A stretch of 53,708 nucleotides of DNA. Source: Candidatus Woesearchaeota archaeon. GTDB lineage: Archaea > Nanobdellota > Nanobdellia > Parvarchaeales > Parvarchaeaceae. Under the pieces are notes generated by a model, which saw nothing but the letters and a program-made list of their open reading frames with translations, made no database searches and was not told where the DNA came from. This document shows positions 19,115 to 26,617 of the stretch, one piece after another. The position numbers and the translations under genes are program-made. The first letter of the stretch is position 1; each line of letters starts with the position of its first letter. The stretch spans positions 1-53,708 of the forward strand of contig CAZXLU010000002.1 in assembly GCA_964641875.1 (NCBI GenBank), written 5' to 3'.

Positions 19115-19747
19115 TTATTTTTTAACTATTTTTTGTATCTCTTCATCCGTCAATTTCTTGTACCCTTTTTTGTTTATAACCGCGATATCTATTCCTTCAC
19201 CAGTATATACATCTCTTTTTATTGATGATGATATTGCTTTATATGCGAGTTTTATGGCTTCTTCTTCATTCATTTCTTCTTTGTAATCTCCTTCTAAAAC
19301 ACCAAGTGCAAATATTCCTCCACTTCCTGTAACAGTGAATTTATCTTTTCCTTGTCCACCTGCTTCATCTATTGAGAAAAGTTTAGGTTCATCGTCATAT
19401 CCTCCTATTATGAACTCTCCATATATCAAATTTAGCGATAGCCTTTTATTGAAAAGAATTGCGCTTAGAAGGCTTACTGCTCCGTCAGTGTTAAGTTTTG
19501 ATCCAGATCTAATTTCATATAGTGTAAGTTCAGATCTCATTAACCTCACCATTGCCTGTAAATCGGCAACCATACCTGCTGTTGTTATTCCTATCTTGTC
19601 GCTTATTGCCATAACTTTTTCGGCGTTCTTATTTGCAACAATGTGGTCTGCAGTAGCTCTTCTATCAGCAGCGAGTATAACTCCTTCTTTGTATACCAAT
19701 CCTAATGTTGTAGTACCTGTTTTTACTATGCTCATATAGAATACCAA
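19115..19747 (-). CDS. psmB: Proteasome subunit beta
   Basis: Propeptide ending KTG followed by TTTLGLVYKEGVILAADRRAT. The start may be Met5 (19735). Confidence 0.92.
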   Translation of the reverse strand: MVFYMSIVKTGTTTLGLVYKEGVILAADRRATADHIVANKNAEKVMAISDKIGITTAGMVADLQAMVRLMRSELTLYEIRSGSKLNTDGAVSLLSAILFNKRLSLNLIYGEFIIGGYDDEPKLFSIDEAGGQGKDKFTVTGSGGIFALGVLEGDYKEEMNEEEAIKLAYKAISSSIKRDVYTGEGIDIAVINKKGYKKLTDEEIQKIVKK

Positions 19748-19846
19748 TATTTATTTACATTTCCTAATGAATTTTTTAGTATTTAAATCTTTCTTAACCT
19801 GTAAATCTTTAGATAGTTTTATATATAACTATTTAGCTTAGTAATG

Positions 19847-19860
19847 ACTAGTAACTAGTA
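19847..19860 (+). promoter_or_regulatory. Tandem ACTAGTA ACTAGTA (two ACTAGT palindromes) abutting the ATG of an RHH-domain gene; candidate operator
   Basis: Read directly: gACTAGTAACTAGTAtg. A TATA-like TTTATATA lies at 19818-19825. Confidence 0.3.
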
Positions 19861-20693
19861 TGAAAGCGAGGACCTCATTTACGATTGATGCAGACGTTGT
19901 TGCAAAATTAGACTCACTTGTGGATAATATCTATTATAGATCCAAGAGTGAAGCGGTTGAAGACATACTTAGAAAATACTTTGAAAAACAGAATACTGCA
20001 ATTGTTTTATGCGGCGGCGAATTTACAGTTAGTGGAACTTCTTATTATAGGCCTTTGGTTAAAATAGGAGATTCTACTGTTATAGAAAGGATAGTTTCAA
20101 ACCTAAGGATAAACAATTTTAGAAATATACTCATTTCAGGAAAGACAGAACTTCTTAAACAGATATTCTCTATTCTAAAGAATGGGGAAGGCTATGGTGT
20201 AGATATAAAATACATAGATGACAATAATCTGAAAGGTAGTGCGAAGGCCTTAGAAAGAGTAAAACAATACGTAGGTTCAACTACACTTTTTGTAACAGGA
20301 GATTCAATATTTGATATAGATTTAAAAGACATGCTTAAGTTTCATATGGCTCACAATAGCCCAGCATCTATGGCAATATACGTTCCATCAGATTCTTATT
20401 TCCCAACAAAGGACAAAGTAGTTCTTAAAGGAAGCAAAATACTTACGTATGAAAAATTACCTGAGTCAGTTAATTCAAAACTTGTTCCAACGTCTATATT
20501 CCTTTTAGACCAGGAGGTTTTCAAGTATATACCACCTGGAGATTTAGAATGGGGCATAAAGACGGATTTACTGCCGCTTCTTGCTAAGGATGGATTGCTC
20601 TTTGGTTATATGTATAATGGAAACTGGTTTTCTGTAAAAACTAAGGAAGATTTGGAAAGAGTGAAAAAGGTTTTAGAAGATAGAAATGCTTAA
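19860..20693 (+). CDS. Ribbon-helix-helix domain fused to a sugar-phosphate nucleotidyltransferase domain
   Basis: N-terminal TSFTIDADVVAKLDSLV...SKSEAVEDILRKY (CopG/NikR-like RHH). Then AIVLCGGEF...PLVKIG...GSAKAL...VTGDSIFDIDLKDMLKFH (NTP_transferase pattern, with an atypical G-x-G-x-R-L loop). Confidence 0.72.
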   Translation: MKARTSFTIDADVVAKLDSLVDNIYYRSKSEAVEDILRKYFEKQNTAIVLCGGEFTVSGTSYYRPLVKIGDSTVIERIVSNLRINNFRNILISGKTELLKQIFSILKNGEGYGVDIKYIDDNNLKGSAKALERVKQYVGSTTLFVTGDSIFDIDLKDMLKFHMAHNSPASMAIYVPSDSYFPTKDKVVLKGSKILTYEKLPESVNSKLVPTSIFLLDQEVFKYIPPGDLEWGIKTDLLPLLAKDGLLFGYMYNGNWFSVKTKEDLERVKKVLEDRNA

Positions 20694-20717
20694 ATTCAAT
20701 AGTTTATTGCTATTATA

Positions 20718-20984
20718 ATGGAATTTAAGGATGTTGCGGAACCAGTCGAAAAAATAACTAGAGAAGGATCAAGAAATTTTATAAAGATAGGTTTAACCAA
20801 AGGTATAGAGGGTGAAAAAGAGATTACTTTCGTCAGCATAAAAAAAGGTTACACAGTCGATAATAATGGCGCAATTCAAGAAAGGATAAAAACGAGTTTA
20901 TCGATAAATTTTGATGAGCTTCCTCTGCTTATAGAAGCATTGCAGAACTTCAAGAGCAAATTGGAATCAGGAAGTTTCTCCTGA
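20718..20984 (+). CDS. Hypothetical 88-aa protein
   Basis: Compact ORF 24 nt after the preceding gene. Its alternating beta pattern is faintly PC4/YdbC-like, which I cannot verify. Confidence 0.45.
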   Translation: MEFKDVAEPVEKITREGSRNFIKIGLTKGIEGEKEITFVSIKKGYTVDNNGAIQERIKTSLSINFDELPLLIEALQNFKSKLESGSFS

Positions 20985-21029
20985 ATTGTTTTTGGTAAGT
21001 TTTTTATATTGGGAATTCTTAGATTGTAT

Positions 21030-22925
21030 ATGAAAATTTATACAGTTATTTTGTTGCTGGTTATAGTATTGTTTTTCATAGGAAGTGTAAAGGCACAAGG
21101 CGTTCAAAAATTAATAGGATCTACCAGTCTTTACATATTTGGAGTAACAAACTCATCAAACGGTACGTTAGTTGGAGTACCTGCTCTTCTTAATCTTACA
21201 ATAACAAATGGAACTGGGAAAGTATTCTTAGGTTCTGTCCCGCTTACACAAACGGACACGCAAGCTCAAGCGGTTCTATCCACAGATATTGCATGTCAAT
21301 TACTGAATATTAACTGCAATGATTACAATTTCTACTATTATATAACTTCCTCATCAGTTGAAGTTGGGGGCCCAAGTGCAGGTTCCGCATTTACAATGGC
21401 TGCAATGTCTATACTTTCTGGTAAACCATTAAATCCAAAGGTTGCAATGACAGGAACTGCAAATCCAGACGGTAGTGTAGGCATAGTCGGGGACGTTTCT
21501 CAAAAATCCATGGCAGCTGCAAATCAAGGGATAAAGACATTTCTTTATCCTTCTACTGATAATATCTCCTCTGCCGCATTGTCCTATGATGAAGCCCATG
21601 GGGAAACACCTATCGCAGTAAACTCAGAATATCAAGCATTTCAATACTTCACCGGATACAATTTTACTCCTGCTATAAACAAAAATATTCAAACTCCTCT
21701 TTACTTAAGCCTTATGAAGCAAACTTATCTCCAGTTTAATTCATATCAAAACGGAATACTGATAAAAGTAAAGAATAGTACAAACTCAACAATACAACAA
21801 CTAATAGACCAAGCATATTCTGACATTGCTTCACAAAAAATAGAAGCATCTAATGGGAGTTACTATGTAGCAGCTAGTAGCATGATAACTTCTTCGTCTG
21901 ATCTTTTACAAGCTGAAATTTTGGAGAAATTACCTCCAAATAATTCTACCGTTTTTATTAAAAACCTAATAAGTAAAGAAAATTCAACAATAAAAGCAAT
22001 AGAAAATAATATATCTAGCAATTACGTTTCTAATTCATCAACCTTAATACTAAAGTTTATAGCTTTAGATAGATTAATGCAAGCGCAAGATTACTTGAAT
22101 GATTCTATTAATAGTCTCTCTCATGGTAGTTTAGGAAATGCAGTTTACTACTACTCTCTTGCAACTGTAAAAGCACAGACAGCTTATTTCTGGGTATCGA
22201 TACTTCCAAAAGGTAATTCTAACTTTTCACAAGCCGACTACGAATCTTTGAGTAATTATTATCTTTATAAAGCTTCTTCTTACAGTTATTATGCAAGTCT
22301 ACTTGGTGCAGACTTGCCAGGAGAATCTTCTCAAATTCAGTCATATCTTTCAACTGCAGAGTCAAGGTACTACAGTGGAAATTATGTATCTTCTATATTT
22401 GCTTCGATAGAATCAATAAGTTTTGCACAAATGCTTATAGAAGAGAACAGCTTAATTAGTAATTCAGCATTAATAGCAATCAGTAATCAAAGCTCTATAG
22501 CAACATTGAATTCTATAAATGCTGCAGAATCGGCAGGCGTGACACCATTCCTTGGAATAAGCTATTACTACTTTGGAAATCAATTTTATAATGCTTCAAA
22601 TATATCAAATTCCAACTTTGTAGAATACTTAATTTTCCAGACTGAAGCAAGGGCCTTTACTCAATTGGGTTTGCAGCTTTCTAATGTAAGTCTAATACCT
22701 TATACACCTTCACTTCAACCTATACAGGTATCAAAGCCTATAGAGCCGGTAATATACGAGATAAGCCTTATAATCTTAGGGATAGCAATAGGAGTAGTTG
22801 TATCTGGCATACTATTTGAATATAGGTTACATAAAAAAATGATGGTTATAAAAAACGCAGTAAAAACTGGAAATTCAAAGAAAGCCTTAAAAACAAATAC
22901 TAAAAGAAAGAGTAAAAGAAAGTAA
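21030..22925 (+). CDS. Secreted, C-terminally anchored Lon-type (S16) serine protease domain protein without an AAA+ module
   Basis: Signal peptide MKIYTVILLLVIVLFFIGSVKAQG. GGPSAGSA (catalytic Ser) and GDVSQKSMAAANQG (catalytic Lys). Long sequon-rich region, then TM ISLIILGIAIGVVVSGILF and a basic tail. ATG 21030 is preferred over TTG 21009, which lies inside the TATA-like tttttatatt. Confidence 0.72.
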   Translation: MKIYTVILLLVIVLFFIGSVKAQGVQKLIGSTSLYIFGVTNSSNGTLVGVPALLNLTITNGTGKVFLGSVPLTQTDTQAQAVLSTDIACQLLNINCNDYNFYYYITSSSVEVGGPSAGSAFTMAAMSILSGKPLNPKVAMTGTANPDGSVGIVGDVSQKSMAAANQGIKTFLYPSTDNISSAALSYDEAHGETPIAVNSEYQAFQYFTGYNFTPAINKNIQTPLYLSLMKQTYLQFNSYQNGILIKVKNSTNSTIQQLIDQAYSDIASQKIEASNGSYYVAASSMITSSSDLLQAEILEKLPPNNSTVFIKNLISKENSTIKAIENNISSNYVSNSSTLILKFIALDRLMQAQDYLNDSINSLSHGSLGNAVYYYSLATVKAQTAYFWVSILPKGNSNFSQADYESLSNYYLYKASSYSYYASLLGADLPGESSQIQSYLSTAESRYYSGNYVSSIFASIESISFAQMLIEENSLISNSALIAISNQSSIATLNSINAAESAGVTPFLGISYYYFGNQFYNASNISNSNFVEYLIFQTEARAFTQLGLQLSNVSLIPYTPSLQPIQVSKPIEPVIYEISLIILGIAIGVVVSGILFEYRLHKKMMVIKNAVKTGNSKKALKTNTKRKSKRK

Positions 22926-22945
22926 TTAAAACTTATTAGTATAAT

Positions 22946-22953
22946 TTTATATA
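22946..22953 (+). promoter_or_regulatory. TATA-box candidate for glyS
   Basis: TTTATATA ends 22 nt before the ATG at 22976. Confidence 0.4.
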
Positions 22954-22975
22954 CAACAAATAAATTAGTTTATAA

Positions 22976-24442
22976 ATGGCTAAAAAAGAGGAATTAGATG
23001 ATGAAATTGTTAATCTAGCACTATCCAGAGGGATATTTTTTCATACTGCAGAGATATTCAACGATAATATCTCTGGTTTTTGGGAATATGGGCCATTCGG
23101 TCTGAAAATATTTAATAACCTGATAAATGAGTGGAGGAAGTTAGTGCATTCAATGAATGGATTTGAAATTTCCGGAAGCATAGCTTTACCAAAGAGAGTT
23201 TTACAAGCATCGGGTCATGAGCAAAATTTCTTTGACATGGAAATAAGTTGCAGTAAATGCGGCGCAGTATACAGGGTCGATAAATTGTTAGAAGAAAAAG
23301 ACAGTGATAAAAATTTTGAAGGCATCTCAGAGCAAGAATACCTGGATTATATAAAAGAATATGACATAAAATGCAGTAAATGCGGGGGAGAATTAAAAGA
23401 CATAAAAAAATTTGGTACAATGTTTGCATTAAAAGTGAGTGAGGATATCCCTGCTTATTTAAGACCAGAAGCTTGCCAGTCAATATTCCTCGATTTTGAA
23501 AGAATCTTTGATACTAATGGTAGAAAATTACCATTGGTCATTTCTCAAGTTGGAAAAGCATTTAGAAACGAAATCTCCCCAAGAAATAATCTCTTGAGAC
23601 AGAGAGAGTTTTACCAAAATGACATAGAGATATTCTTCTTAGATGATGATTTTCCTGTAGATGAAGAAAGTGAAATTAAAGTGTACGATAAGGAATTAGG
23701 AAAAACAATAAATTTAAAAATAGCAGAAGCATTTTCAAAGAAGATAATAAAAAATAAAGTTACAGCATATTCTCTATTAAAAATACAAGATTTTCTGTTT
23801 TCTATAGGTTTTTCTGAAGAAAGTATACGTTTTAGAAAATTATACGAAGATAAGGCATTTTATGCAGAAGAATCTTTTGATTTAGAGGTTAAAAAGGGAG
23901 ATACTTGGATAGAGCTTGTTGCCTGTAATCATAGGGGCACACATGACTTATCCGCATACGAGGAATATGGGGCGAAGGGCTTAAAAGTAAATGGGAAAAT
24001 ACCTAATATATTCGAGCTTTCTATGGGTACAGACCGTTTATTTTATCTCGTATTAGCTAATTCTTTTAGAAAAGACAGCCAGAGAAGGTGGCTTTCTCTT
24101 AATAACAAAATAGCTCCGTTTAAAGCCGCTGTTTTCCCACTGGTTTCAAAAGATCCATTAGTTTCAAAGGCGAAGGAAGTATTAAGTAATTCAATTTATT
24201 CTTATGACATGCTCTACAGTGAAAATGGGAGCATAGGGAAAAGATACAGAAAAGCCGAAGAGATAGGTGTTAAGCTTGCATTTACAATAGATTACGAAAG
24301 TATGGAAAATAATACTGTTACGGTTAGAGATAGTGATTCAATGAAGCAGTTTAGAATCTCTTTGAATTATATAGATATTATTATAAGAGACTCAACTTCA
24401 AATAATTTCAATGAATTAAGAAATAAGTATGAATATCATTGA
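22976..24442 (+). CDS. glyS: Glycine--tRNA ligase (archaeal/eukaryotic class II type)
   Basis: FWEYGPFGLKIFNNLINEWRK, RPEACQSIFLDF, the CSKCG...CSKCGGEL insertion, and a C-terminal anticodon-binding pattern GKRYRKAEEIGV. Confidence 0.9.
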   Translation: MAKKEELDDEIVNLALSRGIFFHTAEIFNDNISGFWEYGPFGLKIFNNLINEWRKLVHSMNGFEISGSIALPKRVLQASGHEQNFFDMEISCSKCGAVYRVDKLLEEKDSDKNFEGISEQEYLDYIKEYDIKCSKCGGELKDIKKFGTMFALKVSEDIPAYLRPEACQSIFLDFERIFDTNGRKLPLVISQVGKAFRNEISPRNNLLRQREFYQNDIEIFFLDDDFPVDEESEIKVYDKELGKTINLKIAEAFSKKIIKNKVTAYSLLKIQDFLFSIGFSEESIRFRKLYEDKAFYAEESFDLEVKKGDTWIELVACNHRGTHDLSAYEEYGAKGLKVNGKIPNIFELSMGTDRLFYLVLANSFRKDSQRRWLSLNNKIAPFKAAVFPLVSKDPLVSKAKEVLSNSIYSYDMLYSENGSIGKRYRKAEEIGVKLAFTIDYESMENNTVTVRDSDSMKQFRISLNYIDIIIRDSTSNNFNELRNKYEYH

Positions 24443-25287
24443 TATCTCCATTTAGTTATCGTTTTTCCTATATTTTCAATTAGGTGCATCACAGATAATG
24501 ATTCTCTTTCATCTTTTGCAACAGTTCTACCAGAATACCCATTTATGAATGCTGCAGCTGCAGCTGAATGTAATATATCATTTTTTTGTGCAATTAGTGA
24601 TCCACATATACCTGCAAGAGAATCACCAGTGCCGCCTTTTGTCATGTAAACTGAGTTTATCTTGTTTATAAAAGTATGCTCTCCGTTAGATATAATATCA
24701 GCATGTCCTTTTAACAAGATATTTGTATGAAAATCTACTGCCTTTTTGCAAACTTGTTTTATCCTCTTGTCTAAGTCCTCTGAAGGTTTTTCTTTGAATA
24801 AAATCTCAAATTCATTAGAATTTGGGGTAATTAGCATCCTTTTATCAAGCAGATTTGTATCCAAAATTTTTAGAGCATCAGCGTCTATAACGATTTTTTT
24901 GTTTATATCTTTTAAAATGCTGTTAACAAGCTCTTTTTGTCCTTCATTAGAACCGATGCCATTACCTATAACTAGAACATCATTCTTCTCCGCTTCTTTT
25001 TTTATGTAATCCAAGTCTTTTAAACTTAAAAAGTCTCCTTCAATTGGGATAGTTATCAGTTCGGGAGAAAAAGATGCGCATATGTCTGCGGCCCTTTTCA
25101 CTGTAATTATCTCGGTTAAATCGCAGCCACTTCTTATTGCAGACAACGCAACTATTGCTGGGGACCCAGTATAGATTTTAGATCCACCAATTATTAGTAC
25201 TCTTCCAAAATTTCCTTTATGAGACCAATTATCCCTTCTTTTGTAGATTGATTTTATTATTTTTTCATTTACATTCGTGTAAATCAT
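24436..25287 (-). CDS. nnrD: NAD(P)H-hydrate dehydratase (YjeF C-terminal / carbohydrate-kinase fold)
   Basis: GRVLIIGGSKIYTGSPAIVALSAIRSGCDL and GGTGDSLAGICGSL motifs. Confidence 0.8.
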   Translation of the reverse strand: MIYTNVNEKIIKSIYKRRDNWSHKGNFGRVLIIGGSKIYTGSPAIVALSAIRSGCDLTEIITVKRAADICASFSPELITIPIEGDFLSLKDLDYIKKEAEKNDVLVIGNGIGSNEGQKELVNSILKDINKKIVIDADALKILDTNLLDKRMLITPNSNEFEILFKEKPSEDLDKRIKQVCKKAVDFHTNILLKGHADIISNGEHTFINKINSVYMTKGGTGDSLAGICGSLIAQKNDILHSAAAAAFINGYSGRTVAKDERESLSVMHLIENIGKTITKWRYQ

Positions 25288-26279
25288 AGTTTAAGTGATG
25301 AGCTATGTCCTCCAAATAAAGAAGCGTTCGGAGAAAGATATTTCTTTATATTATTTATAGCGACGTAGGCTTCTGCGCCACCAACTGCTATAAGCGCAAA
25401 TTTAGGTTCATCACTTACATTTGCCATATCCCCTGCAGCATATACTCCATCTACACTCGTTTTATAATTGTGGTCTACTTTTATGTATCTTCTATCAGTT
25501 TCAACTTTTAAGCTCTTAAATATAGAAGGATTCACTTTATAGCCTATAGCAATTACTACAGCATCGACATCTATGCTTTTGGTTTGTTTAGAACCATTAT
25601 CTAAAACTTCTATGTTTTTTACAGTATTCCCATCGCCGTTTATCTTTTTTACGTCTGTATTCATTATTATCTCGGCTTTGCTATCTCTCTTTACTGCATC
25701 TACACTTGATTCTGCCGCTTTAAATGTGTTATTATGTTGTATGATATAAGTTTTTTTGCAAACTGGAGATATTTGCATTTGATAATCAAATGCAGAATCA
25801 CCGCCCCCTATTATAGCTACGGTTTTGTCTTTATAATAATCAATATTTTTTACGGAATAAGCTACTCCTTTTCCATTATACTCGTCTTCTCCTTCAACAC
25901 CAAGCTTATTTGGATGGAAATCTCCAACCCCTCCACATATTAAAACAGATCTCGTAATATACTTTTTTTCGTTGTTTACTTCTATTACAAAACGTTTATC
26001 GTCTTGCTGTATTATATCCGTTACTTTAGAATTGAATTCAAATCTCTTTTTAAAAGTTTGAGTTTGTTCATACATCTTTTTAGCAAGGTCTTTTGACAGC
26101 ATTTTTGGAACAGCTTGAACGTCATAAACCATTTTTTCCGGATAAAGTTCAATCATCTGTCCGCCGTATGTATCCAAGCTTTCTAAAGTTATACTGTTTA
26201 TTTCTCTGAGACCAGCACAGAATGTTGCAAACATGCCTGTTGGCCCGGATCCTATTATTATTAAATCTGTTTCTTCCAT
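25284..26279 (-). CDS. Thioredoxin-reductase-like flavoprotein lacking the redox CxxC (ferredoxin-NADP reductase type 2-like)
   Basis: FAD motif IIGSGPTGMFA, NAD(P) motif IIGGGDSAFD and C-terminal GVYAAGD. No CxxC between the two dinucleotide motifs. Confidence 0.72.
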   Translation of the reverse strand: MEETDLIIIGSGPTGMFATFCAGLREINSITLESLDTYGGQMIELYPEKMVYDVQAVPKMLSKDLAKKMYEQTQTFKKRFEFNSKVTDIIQQDDKRFVIEVNNEKKYITRSVLICGGVGDFHPNKLGVEGEDEYNGKGVAYSVKNIDYYKDKTVAIIGGGDSAFDYQMQISPVCKKTYIIQHNNTFKAAESSVDAVKRDSKAEIIMNTDVKKINGDGNTVKNIEVLDNGSKQTKSIDVDAVVIAIGYKVNPSIFKSLKVETDRRYIKVDHNYKTSVDGVYAAGDMANVSDEPKFALIAVGGAEAYVAINNIKKYLSPNASLFGGHSSSLKL

Positions 26280-26282
26280 AAC

Positions 26283-26525
26283 TTAACTGTATTCCCTCCA
26301 AGTATAATTGCAATTAACACATTTGTAGAACCTTGTCGGCGGTTCATCCGAAGCTCTTGTCTGCTCAGTCCACGAAATTATCTTTTCTTCTTTACATTTT
26401 GGACATTGAACTCCTTTTTCAAACTCCATTTCTGACATGCTTTCTTCTTCAGAAGGAGCTTCCTCAACAAGTTTTTTCTTTAGTTTTTTAGCCTGACTTT
26501 TTAATTCAACATCTTCCTCTTTCAT
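26283..26525 (-). CDS. TFIIS/TFS-type C-terminal zinc-ribbon protein lacking the N-terminal ribbon
   Basis: CPKCKEEKIISWTEQTRASDEPPTRFYKCVNCNYTW, the canonical C-ribbon with an acidic DE hairpin. The N-terminal 40 aa are K/E-rich with no Cys. Confidence 0.75.
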   Translation of the reverse strand: MKEEDVELKSQAKKLKKKLVEEAPSEEESMSEMEFEKGVQCPKCKEEKIISWTEQTRASDEPPTRFYKCVNCNYTWREYS

Positions 26526-26588
26526 TTTCTTTATTAGTACTTCATTATTTTTAAAGATTGTTTAAGGCTTTTTGACAGAAAAACTAAG

Positions 26589-26596
26589 TTTATAAA
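26589..26596 (+). promoter_or_regulatory. TATA-box candidate for the 26618 gene
   Basis: TTTATAAA ends 21 nt before the ATG. Confidence 0.4.
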
Positions 26597-26617
26597 TTTA
26601 TAAGCTCTATTAAATTT

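Noticed and set aside
21009-21029. TTG start for the Lon-like protease, and TTG 36282 for membrane paralog 3
   Set aside because: In-frame ATGs (21030, 36321) give a proper signal peptide or N-terminus, respect the TATA spacing, and avoid overlapping the upstream gene.
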